Part shown: positions 38,846-47,937 of the stretch, one piece after another
Numbering within the stretch: position 1 is the stretch's first letter
How the letters are laid out: each line of letters opens with the position of its first letter
IMG/VR virus record: IMGVR_UViG_3300014208_000023
Location: 320,001-384,000 of that record
Source of the DNA: a virus
Lineage: Duplodnaviria > Caudoviricetes
Strand: one strand, 5' to 3'
Length of the DNA: 64,000 nt
The notes under the pieces: model-generated
The model's database searches: none
Told to the model about the DNA's origin: nothing
The model's input: only the letters and a program-made list of their open reading frames with translations
Translations under genes and position numbers: made by a program

Positions 38846-40428
38846 TAGGATACTTTTTGTATTAGCTCAATAACGCTATCGTCTGGAAGAGGAAGTGATT
38901 TGCTGCCCTTGATTTTCTCGACCTTACCAACTAGCTTGGCCCGGTCCTTTTCAATTTCTTTTATAAAGGCTTCTTTTATCTTCTGCTTTAGAAGGCCCTT
39001 ATAGGTTGAGGATATTCCTTTTTTTGATCGTTTAGCATAAAGGTCTGTTACTTTTTGAGCAAAAAGCTCTGGAACATTTTCAGCAAAAACACTATCAAAA
39101 ACTTGAAGTGCTACTACTGGAACCTTAACATTCGTATCTTTTACATTACTAACGGCTTCTTCTATTGCTTGTCGTAGCACAAAAGTTGTTTCAGCAACTA
39201 CCGAATATATCGGAGAATCTATGCCTTTATTTGCCGCCCAAGTTGTTCTATCCACCGCATCAGATAGCTCTGATTTCTTAATCTTTCCTGACGCTATTCT
39301 AGCCTTGGCAGAATAGTGCGCTGGGATAAATGAAAGCGTATTTCTTACGCTTTCAAGATAAGAAGCTCTGTTGCTAATTAGTTGCTTGAATTGAATATCA
39401 CTATCTCTGTATGGATGAGCGTTATGCTCCAGCTTTGCCATAATAGGAGTTAATGGAATGTAAGCTTTTGATACGCCATTTCTAAAAATGAGCGAGCAGT
39501 TGGCAATTGGTAACTTGCCACCAGTTTTTTCTTTTAGAATGTTTAGAAACTGTTGTTCAACATCTTTGTTGTGAGCCGGATACATCCTCTCTAGGACTAG
39601 GCTGGGCTTATTGCCCTCATCAATAAGAAAGCGCACAATGCAGCGTCTCATCATCTTTGATCCTTTGCCCTCAAAATCAGAGCCGGTAGTGAGATACATA
39701 ATGGCGGTGAATGGATCTACAATCGATCCAACCAAATGAGTTGAATTTCCCTGTCCCCACGTTTGGCAGGACGAGATTCCTCTCATGCTCATAGTTGCTA
39801 TGTCCCAAGCGCCTTCAATTCCAGAGGATGAGAATACTATTTTTGATTCGCTTCCGGGAATATTTACGGCGTTATATTTTTTGAAAGCTGGAGCCTGATC
39901 TAGAGATCCAAGTGGTAGAAAATGAGCCTCTCTCAATAGCTCGTTTATTTTCTGATAGACCTTAAAAAGTCCTTCTCCACGCTTAAAAACCAGCTTCTTT
40001 TCGTCATCCATTATATCGGCTGACAAGTTAAGCGTTATCTTGTTTGTTTTTTCATTAAGAACAATGAATGACTTATATGACTTTGAAAGAAGCGCCTTGA
40101 ACTGTTTCAAAACATAAGAGCACTTCTTATACTTAACTTTTCTAGCAGGACCAAAAGCTTTAGAGTCGGCTGTCGGTGCCGTCTTAATCTCCGCATAACG
40201 AGTAAGCGAGCTTATTCGGGCATTTACTTCCGTAGAAATAAAGGTAATAACTTCTTCAGCGGCAGAGAGAAGCTCGGAAGAGTTATCTATATTGACTTTT
40301 TGCGTAAAGTTTTCAAGGCCGATTGCTGGGAATACCTTCTTAATTTCTAGGCCTGATGAAAAAATATGATGACTAGTAATAAACGCTGGAAATCTTTTAT
40401 CTGCTTTAATGTCGGCTACTTTAGTCAT
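38845..40428 (-). CDS. SMRG-xxSC family protein (tandem copy 1 of 4)
   Basis: GAWDIATMSMRGISSCQTW...LVGS...MMRRCIVR...LERMY. Confidence 0.85.
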   Translation of the reverse strand: MTKVADIKADKRFPAFITSHHIFSSGLEIKKVFPAIGLENFTQKVNIDNSSELLSAAEEVITFISTEVNARISSLTRYAEIKTAPTADSKAFGPARKVKYKKCSYVLKQFKALLSKSYKSFIVLNEKTNKITLNLSADIMDDEKKLVFKRGEGLFKVYQKINELLREAHFLPLGSLDQAPAFKKYNAVNIPGSESKIVFSSSGIEGAWDIATMSMRGISSCQTWGQGNSTHLVGSIVDPFTAIMYLTTGSDFEGKGSKMMRRCIVRFLIDEGNKPSLVLERMYPAHNKDVEQQFLNILKEKTGGKLPIANCSLIFRNGVSKAYIPLTPIMAKLEHNAHPYRDSDIQFKQLISNRASYLESVRNTLSFIPAHYSAKARIASGKIKKSELSDAVDRTTWAANKGIDSPIYSVVAETTFVLRQAIEEAVSNVKDTNVKVPVVALQVFDSVFAENVPELFAQKVTDLYAKRSKKGISSTYKGLLKQKIKEAFIKEIEKDRAKLVGKVEKIKGSKSLPLPDDSVIELIQKVS

Positions 40429-40439
40429 AAGTTAAGTTC

Positions 40440-40805
40440 CTATATTAGAATCGGAGGCGGTATGTAATTAAAGTTATGAAACCTGCATAGAAGGTGGCTA
40501 ATTTCTTTTATTCCAGTTTTTTTACTGACAATTCGCATATACTTGGCGCATTGAAAAGAAAGTGATTGGGATATTTTACGCTCCCAAAAATCACTCATTG
40601 GAATTGGGCCTCTCCATTGAATGATACCATTGCGGACGCAACGCATAACTACAATTTTGTTGGCGTTGAAAAAGAAATCGCATTCCCCATATTTCTTGAC
40701 GATATCTTCTGGCCATGAAGGATACGACGAAAGCATTACTTGCCTTCGTCCAAGTATATTGAGCATTTGGACCGACTGCTCAAGAGTATAAGATGAATTT
40801 ATCAT
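40440..40805 (-). CDS. hypothetical protein with C-terminal C...HLLx[KR]xH motif
   Basis: FQCAKYM...ISHLLCRFH. Confidence 0.6.
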   Translation of the reverse strand: MINSSYTLEQSVQMLNILGRRQVMLSSYPSWPEDIVKKYGECDFFFNANKIVVMRCVRNGIIQWRGPIPMSDFWERKISQSLSFQCAKYMRIVSKKTGIKEISHLLCRFHNFNYIPPPILI

Positions 40806-41119
40806 TGAGGTATGAATTCTAGTCTATGACATTTTTTAAGCAGATGTTCAAACCTAGGTATCTTATGTCTGATGGAAAGTGACATTAGATGTATTTTACA
40901 TTCGCTCAAAAGCTGATGATGAGCAAAATCAATTACTTTGGTTGGAGCTATAATTGGTTTCCTAGACTGAAAGTAATTGGAATAGAATTGGCCCTTATTA
41001 TTGCACGACGGCCACGATTTGTTTCCAAGAGTAACTTCGTGCATTAGAAGCTGCTCGTTATCTTTGTAAAGAAGAAACTCCATCATTCTTCTTATCTGGT
41101 TACACTTAATAGAGTCCAT
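40802..41119 (-). CDS. hypothetical protein with C-terminal C...HLLx[KR]xH motif
   Basis: SECKIHL...FEHLLKKCH. Confidence 0.6.
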   Translation of the reverse strand: MDSIKCNQIRRMMEFLLYKDNEQLLMHEVTLGNKSWPSCNNKGQFYSNYFQSRKPIIAPTKVIDFAHHQLLSECKIHLMSLSIRHKIPRFEHLLKKCHRLEFIPQ

Positions 41120-41441
41120 GATATTTCATTAGTAAATGGTGTAAATTTGGAAACTTAGCTCTATCCGCCTTTTCTTTCAGCATAAAGGCGCATCTCTTTT
41201 CTAGCTGAGAAATTCCTAGATCAAGCAAGGCCGGATGATAATTTCGCAGTCCAATTATAGAGTAATCCCTATGAAGGTAATTGATATTACCTCCCTCAAC
41301 TATATAGAACTTTCCGGGAGCACCATTATCTCGCATAACGCATGCGGTGTATAGCTTGGTCCAGCCGCCTTCTGGCGGAAGAATTTCTGAAAAATTATTT
41401 CCAGTAATGGCCAATAAGTGTGCCGCTCTTTGCTTACTCAT
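41106..41441 (-). CDS. hypothetical protein with C-terminal C...HLLx[KR]xH motif
   Basis: KRCAFML...LHHLLMKYH. Confidence 0.6.
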   Translation of the reverse strand: MSKQRAAHLLAITGNNFSEILPPEGGWTKLYTACVMRDNGAPGKFYIVEGGNINYLHRDYSIIGLRNYHPALLDLGISQLEKRCAFMLKEKADRAKFPNLHHLLMKYHGLY

Positions 41442-42247
41442 AGTGATGAGAACGTTTCCTTAAACGAAGACCAATATTTATCTACCAAAAAAGATTTGAA
41501 CTCCATTTTTTCAAACTCCTCTTTGAGAGCTTCAAAATTGGTGGTTCCTTGTGAAAGGATCATTTCTTCATCTGGAACTTGGCTCAATTCAATTAGTTTC
41601 TTGTTTAGGTTAAACGCGGCCTTGTTCTCTTCGATGGAGAGAAAATCTTCCAATAGTTTTGGATCGGATACCATAGCTAACGCTTTGGCGTCGCTCATCA
41701 GCCCCGGTATGTTGTCGGTCTTTTTATCGCCTCGAAGTATCTTCCATACCAAATAGTGGTATTTGGGTGGCTCCAGAAACTCTTTAGAGCCTGGATGATA
41801 CAACTTAACTTTTAAGCCGCGTTGAAGTAGTTGTATGAAATCGCTATCTGAAGATATAATCGTATTATTTTCTTCTTTTAGATTCTCACACAAAGTTCCA
41901 ATAACATCATCTGCCTCAAACCTTTCGGCATGAGCCAAAGTGATAGGCAGGTATGCAAGTAACTTAATTACTATGTCTCTCTGCCTATCAATGTCAGTAT
42001 TGTCTTTGGATGCCTTCTTTATTATTCTATTTGCCTTGTAGTCAGAAAAAAGACTATATCTAAAATTATTCTTTCCCTCCAAACAAAAGAAAACTTTTGT
42101 AGGATTAAAGCTACTTATCGTAGCTCGTAATGAGCGAAAGAAATTATAGACCACATGGAAAGATTGCTTGTCCGGATCTTGTGGGCCGAACTTAATGTTG
42201 CCCCTATGAATTGCGTTCAATCCGTCATAAAGCAATACTTCTTCCAT
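41438..42247 (-). CDS. 5'-3' exonuclease / T4 RNase H-like flap nuclease
   Basis: LLYDGLN, RYSLFSDYKANR, EADDVIG, SSDSDFIQL, GDKKTDNIPG. Confidence 0.9.
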   Translation of the reverse strand: MEEVLLYDGLNAIHRGNIKFGPQDPDKQSFHVVYNFFRSLRATISSFNPTKVFFCLEGKNNFRYSLFSDYKANRIIKKASKDNTDIDRQRDIVIKLLAYLPITLAHAERFEADDVIGTLCENLKEENNTIISSDSDFIQLLQRGLKVKLYHPGSKEFLEPPKYHYLVWKILRGDKKTDNIPGLMSDAKALAMVSDPKLLEDFLSIEENKAAFNLNKKLIELSQVPDEEMILSQGTTNFEALKEEFEKMEFKSFLVDKYWSSFKETFSSL

Positions 42248-43107
42248 CAGGTTCCTAGATATGCCATATTCTCAATGTGGTCTTCTTCTTCCGTAGAAAG
42301 ATAAGAATCCTTACCATCATGGAGACGCTCAATTAGATTGTTTTTCTCTGACCACTTCATTTTATGAGCCAACGTATTGATTGCAATACCGGCCCATACC
42401 TGATCGTCGTGAATGGCCTTTTTCAGAAGATTGGCAAATCGCTCATCATCTTTCACTCTCCAAATGCTAGAGAGCAGGAAGTGCGTGTTCGAGCATTTAC
42501 GCTCGATAAGCTTTGGCACTAGCGTAATTGATTTTTCAATATCAAAATATCTGATGCCATTGAAAGCCGCATTCCACCAATACTCATTACCTTGCTCCCA
42601 TAGTGCCGTCCAAAACGAACCAAGATTAGTGGATGGCATTTGACAATATGACAAGGCATTGATGGCATTAAGAAGGGTCCTTCTTTTTTCACCATCCATA
42701 GAGGTGAGGCCATCAACATTTTCCTTGACCCACTGGTATAGGTCATCAGAACACTGGCTTGCAACAAGCCGTTCAATTAGATGAAATACATCCTCAAGAA
42801 CATATGCAGTCAGCTTTACGTTCCTATTTACGATTTTCTTCATAATAAAGCCGAGCGCCTCTTTACAAAGATCGTAATCAGCGTATGAATTGATTACGAG
42901 ATCGTAGATAATTTCTCCGGGAGTTTCTGGCTTACTTACGGCTCTAGAAAGATAAGCCACCACTGGACCGTTGAGATTAGGCTCAACTAGCCTTTTCATG
43001 ATTAGTTTTTCCATCTCCTCAGCAGAAGGGGCGGAACAAAATTCCTTAACCCAAGGGTCGCCCTTTATAATTGAAGACGTTAGATAATCGTTAGTAGAGT
43101 TAGTCAT
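42247..43107 (-). CDS. hypothetical helical protein
   Basis: 286-aa ORF. Confidence 0.7.
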   Translation of the reverse strand: MTNSTNDYLTSSIIKGDPWVKEFCSAPSAEEMEKLIMKRLVEPNLNGPVVAYLSRAVSKPETPGEIIYDLVINSYADYDLCKEALGFIMKKIVNRNVKLTAYVLEDVFHLIERLVASQCSDDLYQWVKENVDGLTSMDGEKRRTLLNAINALSYCQMPSTNLGSFWTALWEQGNEYWWNAAFNGIRYFDIEKSITLVPKLIERKCSNTHFLLSSIWRVKDDERFANLLKKAIHDDQVWAGIAINTLAHKMKWSEKNNLIERLHDGKDSYLSTEEEDHIENMAYLGT

Positions 43108-43125
43108 GGTGGCTTTCTTTTGAAA

Positions 43126-43539
43126 TCAGTAGTTCTGAGCTTCGGCTCTTACACGAGCAAAATCGATGAAAATCTCAAACTCGGGAACGATATAGTTAAT
43201 GTCTATATCAAGCTCTCGTGGCTCACAAATGCAATCTTCTTTTTCTTTGATCTTCGAGAGCGTCTCAAGAATTTTTGTTCTAGTATTCTTGCGGTCCTCG
43301 AACTCTTTTTGCTTAGCGGCATGTGTATCCTGAGCGGTCTTTAGAAGCGCCTGGTTTTTCTTATCGGCGTCGTCATCACCCTCAAGGAGTTTGGGTCTAA
43401 CGAAGACTGGCTCTTCCTTAATTTCTGGAATAAGTTTATCCAGATTTGATTTGTCGGCCACAATCTCACCGAGAATTTCGGCATACTTATCTTTTACGTG
43501 GCGAATCTTGTCTTTGTCAGATAGCTCTATGAATTTCAT
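43126..43539 (-). CDS. hypothetical protein
   Basis: 137-aa ORF with GGAG RBS. Confidence 0.7.
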   Translation of the reverse strand: MKFIELSDKDKIRHVKDKYAEILGEIVADKSNLDKLIPEIKEEPVFVRPKLLEGDDDADKKNQALLKTAQDTHAAKQKEFEDRKNTRTKILETLSKIKEKEDCICEPRELDIDINYIVPEFEIFIDFARVRAEAQNY

Positions 43540-43557
43540 TGTTGTAATCTCCTGTAA

Positions 43558-43770
43558 TTAAAGGACGGTGTTTTTGATGAATGACCCAAAATCGGCAGTT
43601 TTATCTACTTCTGCCGTAACTGGGACTGGTTTTGAACTAGTTACAAGGGCATGAACGAAGTCATACTGCTTATCGTTCCAGCCATATGCTTTCATGGTGC
43701 AATCTCGACAACACCATTCAATGTTGATTTCATTTTCTACTTCATTAGCTTGAACTATGGCGATAAACAT
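43558..43770 (-). CDS. small hypothetical protein with CCxxC motif
   Basis: WCCRDC; start moved to ATG 43770. Confidence 0.5.
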   Translation of the reverse strand: MFIAIVQANEVENEINIEWCCRDCTMKAYGWNDKQYDFVHALVTSSKPVPVTAEVDKTADFGSFIKNTVL

Positions 43771-43849
43771 TATTGTAATCCTTATAATAAACGAGTGACT
43801 ATCGGGACGCCTCTCAAGCAACCTAATTAACAATTAATTAGAATCTAAT

Positions 43850-44098
43850 GGTCGCTTCTTTGCAAGAGACCGATACCAATAGATCGTAATCAATCTACTT
43901 TTCCCGAATGGTTGCTATATAGTAACTAGCAGTATTAGGTCGCTCTTTTTGAGTTAGACCCAAACGCTTGTGATTAACCGAGGAGTTTTGCACATGAACA
44001 ATTAGGGACACGTATAAGGTATTAGTTTATACTAGCCTTCCGGCATGCCATAGTGCTGTCTAGTCACTCAAACCTAAACGTAGACACTTCGGCACTAC
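43850..44098 (-). ncRNA. candidate multi-hairpin structured RNA downstream of gltX
   Basis: No ORF; stems at 44050-44098, 43938-43960, 43879-43898 and 43850-43871, with G-U pairs mostly favouring the minus strand. Confidence 0.35.
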
Positions 44099-45546
44099 TT
44101 GTCAAGACCAGTAAGGCGGGACGCGCCTATTTCCAGCCTTTTGATTGACGAGCGGCGGCCGAGGGTCGCCATCACCTGGAATAATTCGGGTGAATGAGAC
44201 CTGCCGGTCAGTGATAGCCGCATGAATCCACCCAGCTCCTTTAGTGATAGGTCGTTTTCGACCAACCAGTTTTTGGTCAATTGCCGAAGATGATCCTCTC
44301 CCCAAGCCGGGTCTGAATCAAGAGCGGTAATTAGTGTGGATACTTTTTCGCGAACCTTCATAGAAACATCCTTGAAATCAGGATTCTCTATCGTGTCAAT
44401 TACGAACGGCATCATTTCGTCTGCCGCCTCAACTAGAGTATGTGCCCTAGCTCTCACCAAAGGCATTGCTGCTCGTAGCTTGGCCGAAGTAAAAGCGTCT
44501 TCTACCAACCCCTTTTTCTTTAGGAAAGGGAGAAGCATTTTCTCATACTCGTCAGTTGATGTAAGAGCCTCACTTTTAAGATGCTCATACTGCACTGAAG
44601 TGAATTTCTTCATGTCGAATTTGCCATCGTTCTTGCCGCAATCTTCAATTGCGAAAAGATCAATCATCTGGTCAAGAGAAAATATCTCTTGATCTTTATG
44701 AGACCATCCAAATCGAACAAGGTAATTAAGAATTGCGTGTGGAGTAAATCCCATCTCTCTAAACTCTGCGACCGACACTGAGCCATCTCGCTTTGAGAGT
44801 TTTCCACCGGCCGCGTTCAGAAGCATTGGGAGGTGACAATATATCGGACGCTCTAGTTTTAGAGCATCAGCAATCATTACCTGTTGCGGAGTATTTTTAA
44901 GATGATCTGACCCGCGGATAACGTGAGTAATATTGTCGATGACAAGATCATCAATGCAATTGGCAAAATTGAATAGCGGGATTTCGCTGTGCCGGAGGAT
45001 AACAAAATCATAGTTCTCCTTATTTGGAACGCTTCTTTTACCAAAAGCAACGTCCTCGTAATCGGTGGTTCCTTCGGTTGGAGCCTTGAATCGGATTACG
45101 AATGGCTTATCTAGGCGCTCTTTAATATCCCTACATGTACCGGGATATTTGAATGGATGCTTTGGATTCTTTGCCATGGCCTCGTCTCTGGCCTTGGTAA
45201 GCTCCTCCTCGGTGCAATAACACCTATAAGCGTCTCCCTGCTCAAGTAGCTGCTCTGCATACTTTTTGTATGTAGGAAGCCGCTCCATTTGCGTATATGC
45301 CCCTGCTGGACAATTATCAGTTCCCCATCCCATTGTAGGAGTGAGTCCAAGCCAGTTTAGCTCTGATAGAATCTTTTCAGCACCCTGATCCACTACTCTT
45401 GCGGTATCAGTATCCTCAATACGAAGGACGAAATCAGCGTCATACTTACGAGAGAATAGGTAGTTGAAAAGAAACGTCTTGGCATTTCCTACGTGAAGGG
45501 TGCCAGAGGGTGATGGGGCGCAACGCACTCGGAATTTTTTCGACAT
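44095..45546 (-). CDS. gltX: glutamyl-tRNA synthetase
   Basis: RCAPSPSGTLHVGN (HIGH), LRIEDTD, YRCYC...YPGTC zinc motif, IRGSDHL, KLSKR (KMSKS), full anticodon-binding domain. Confidence 0.95.
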   Translation of the reverse strand: MSKKFRVRCAPSPSGTLHVGNAKTFLFNYLFSRKYDADFVLRIEDTDTARVVDQGAEKILSELNWLGLTPTMGWGTDNCPAGAYTQMERLPTYKKYAEQLLEQGDAYRCYCTEEELTKARDEAMAKNPKHPFKYPGTCRDIKERLDKPFVIRFKAPTEGTTDYEDVAFGKRSVPNKENYDFVILRHSEIPLFNFANCIDDLVIDNITHVIRGSDHLKNTPQQVMIADALKLERPIYCHLPMLLNAAGGKLSKRDGSVSVAEFREMGFTPHAILNYLVRFGWSHKDQEIFSLDQMIDLFAIEDCGKNDGKFDMKKFTSVQYEHLKSEALTSTDEYEKMLLPFLKKKGLVEDAFTSAKLRAAMPLVRARAHTLVEAADEMMPFVIDTIENPDFKDVSMKVREKVSTLITALDSDPAWGEDHLRQLTKNWLVENDLSLKELGGFMRLSLTGRSHSPELFQVMATLGRRSSIKRLEIGASRLTGLDK

Positions 45547-45547
45547 A

Positions 45548-45814
45548 TCAGGCCTCTGCTACTATTGAGGTGGCAGTATCTTTTTTAGCTGGCGTAACTT
45601 GCTCTTTGCTCTTAATGAACGAACAAATCAAGTCATTATCTGAAGCATTCAACTTCAGGTCAGTAGTTGCTCTAACGATCTTTTTCTCAATCGTGTCAAA
45701 CATAAATTTTCCGGTAGTATCGAAATCAGTTAATGATAACTGAATCAATTCTTTTGTCTTTTGTTTTGCATTCAAAACACAAAGCCCATTGCTTAAAAAG
45801 CATCTTGTTGTCAT
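45548..45814 (-). CDS. hypothetical protein
   Basis: 88-aa ORF abutting gltX. Confidence 0.55.
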   Translation of the reverse strand: MTTRCFLSNGLCVLNAKQKTKELIQLSLTDFDTTGKFMFDTIEKKIVRATTDLKLNASDNDLICSFIKSKEQVTPAKKDTATSIVAEA

Positions 45815-45825
45815 TATTTTGCCTA

Positions 45826-46152
45826 TTAGTTAAGGTGTTTTGGCTCAATAGTAACTGGTTTAAAGTTACTTCCGGCCCAAACCGAATCATATGAAAAACT
45901 GGTTATTATTATGGAATAATACTTGGCATGAATATCGGTTAGGGCTGCCGTCACTTCATCATAGATATCGGTAGATCGAACGTCTAGCCTGTCTAGTTGA
46001 AGAGATATGAGCGCCCCATCATACTCATCTGAGCGCATCGTAATGGTGCCTTGCCTAGCTGCCGGAGCAACTGAATAGCCACGCATAATTAGCTTATGCA
46101 CTAGGTCTTTTTCGTATGACCCTGTTGAAGTAGTTATATGTAGGTGGAACAT
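45826..46152 (-). CDS. hypothetical protein
   Basis: 108-aa ORF. Confidence 0.65.
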   Translation of the reverse strand: MFHLHITTSTGSYEKDLVHKLIMRGYSVAPAARQGTITMRSDEYDGALISLQLDRLDVRSTDIYDEVTAALTDIHAKYYSIIITSFSYDSVWAGSNFKPVTIEPKHLN

Positions 46153-46153
46153 A

Positions 46154-47176
46154 TCAACAATACGTCTGGTATTCTTCGGCTTCAGAATAGTTAGTGGTTT
46201 TTGCTTTCTTTAGATCTTCCAGAATAGCAACATGATTATTAGTTACTGCTTGTCCAGTAGTTCCTTCGGAAGCAACTATAGAAAATCCTTTTCTAGCTGT
46301 TTTCAGAAAACGCTTGTAGGCGGCCATGGGAGAGATTTTGAAGAATAGACAAATTCTTTTGATCTCGACCATCAACTCTTCCTGCTCACAAATGCGATCT
46401 GGAATCGTACCATCCTCTGTTTCAAAATCTGAATAGCCGGTTCTCTTATAAACCTTACCGCTTATTGTGTAGTAGCGCTCAAGGCTATCATAGGTCAGAT
46501 GAATTTGTAGTCGCTCTGACGCCTTGCCATATTGCGAACTAGAGCCGCCGACATATCCTGAGTTATAAGACGTAACGCTAGTCACATCTGAAAACCAGAC
46601 AATAAATGTGAAGTCAGAGTAGCGTCTATCTTTGGACGTTCCAGAGAACGCGCTAACGGCTTTTAGCTTGCGAAAATGAAAGTCTTCGGTATCCTTAACT
46701 TTAGAGGTCGGAATTGCGTATAGGAATTTTCTAACTTCTTCTGGCTCCACTTTAGTAAGCTCCTGCTTAATCGGTTCATGCTTAATTGGCTGATACCCAG
46801 AACTTGAATTTTTCACTACCGAATCTGCAACACGAACATTGGCTTCTTCTATGTGCCTGTTCTCAATGTGCATTCCGATATGGCGTGTCAAATAGTCCTG
46901 CCTCACGTCATGTGGGCAGAAATTACATTTGACAAATAGGGCCTTTGCGTCAGGAGAGTTCATTGTTTTATTTACCGTATCATTGTTTGATTCTGATAAC
47001 TTTATTCGTTCTAGTAGGGCTAATGGATCCGTAATTTGGCTGGAGGCAATCTTGTATAGATGCTCCTCGTCTCTCCATGCTTTTGGCATGGAATCAGTTC
47101 CGGCTAGCCACGTATTGGATCTATGGCTGCAATGAAAATATGACGAACATATAGGACAGCGGTTTTTTGTAATCAT
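46154..47176 (-). CDS. hypothetical protein with a C2H2-type zinc finger
   Basis: CNFC-x10-YLTRHIGMH-like spacing plus N-terminal CPIC...HCSH. Confidence 0.65.
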   Translation of the reverse strand: MITKNRCPICSSYFHCSHRSNTWLAGTDSMPKAWRDEEHLYKIASSQITDPLALLERIKLSESNNDTVNKTMNSPDAKALFVKCNFCPHDVRQDYLTRHIGMHIENRHIEEANVRVADSVVKNSSSGYQPIKHEPIKQELTKVEPEEVRKFLYAIPTSKVKDTEDFHFRKLKAVSAFSGTSKDRRYSDFTFIVWFSDVTSVTSYNSGYVGGSSSQYGKASERLQIHLTYDSLERYYTISGKVYKRTGYSDFETEDGTIPDRICEQEELMVEIKRICLFFKISPMAAYKRFLKTARKGFSIVASEGTTGQAVTNNHVAILEDLKKAKTTNYSEAEEYQTYC

Positions 47177-47215
47177 ATTCTTATATGCACCATTCGTGAC
47201 ATCAACGGCAGAGAA

Positions 47216-47428
47216 TCAAGAGTGTCCGACGCCAGAACACGACTGCTTATAAGCCTTAATGAAAAGCTCCGCAGACTCATATGTAATGCTATGAACCATT
47301 GATTCTTTAATGAAGAGACCGAACCTTGAATCAAGCTTCATTGCGTTTAGAATGCATGTGCGGCTTGGCTTTGAGGTGAAAAACTTTTCTTTTTCACAAA
47401 AATCTAGAATGATATCAGTTCGTAGCAT
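47216..47428 (-). CDS. small hypothetical protein
   Basis: 70-aa ORF. Confidence 0.5.
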   Translation of the reverse strand: MLRTDIILDFCEKEKFFTSKPSRTCILNAMKLDSRFGLFIKESMVHSITYESAELFIKAYKQSCSGVGHS

Positions 47429-47430
47429 AA

Positions 47431-47619
47431 TTACGCTCCTTCTTTTTCTTCGTTTTCAACGGACTCGACCGGATCCTGGCCGTTTTTACGGCAAGATGGG
47501 CAGTTATCCTCTAGATATTTCTGGCGCCTATCTTTGTCTGGATCAAGAACTTTTTTACCGCAATGCCTACAAATCACCGTATAGCAATAATCTATAGTTT
47601 TTTTAAGAAGGTGATTCAT
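47431..47619 (-). CDS. small zinc-ribbon protein
   Basis: CRHC...CPSC. Confidence 0.6.
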   Translation of the reverse strand: MNHLLKKTIDYCYTVICRHCGKKVLDPDKDRRQKYLEDNCPSCRKNGQDPVESVENEEKEGA

Positions 47620-47623
47620 TGTA

Positions 47624-47935
47624 TTAGTTATCTTTCACAAGAGAGTGCTCTTGAATATCGTGAATTAAACATGGGCCAATCATAGGTTCCGCCCACTTCT
47701 CGTATCTTTTAATTAGCTCTTTTAAATCCGCAATGGTTGGCTTATTTAGCCCATCAATAAAATCATCAAGCTCTTTTGAGCTTGGACAATCTTTTTGATT
47801 AATGTAGTCATTTTTGACATTACGAATTAAAACCTTGACTTCATCTAAAAGAAAAGGTGCAACTTTTTCTTCTTTGTGAAAGCCATGACTGGATACTAGT
47901 CCAGCATTTTTTCTGAAGTTAAGATACAAAAACAT
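47624..47935 (-). CDS. hypothetical protein
   Basis: 103-aa ORF. Confidence 0.6.
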   Translation of the reverse strand: MFLYLNFRKNAGLVSSHGFHKEEKVAPFLLDEVKVLIRNVKNDYINQKDCPSSKELDDFIDGLNKPTIADLKELIKRYEKWAEPMIGPCLIHDIQEHSLVKDN

Positions 47936-47937
47936 TT

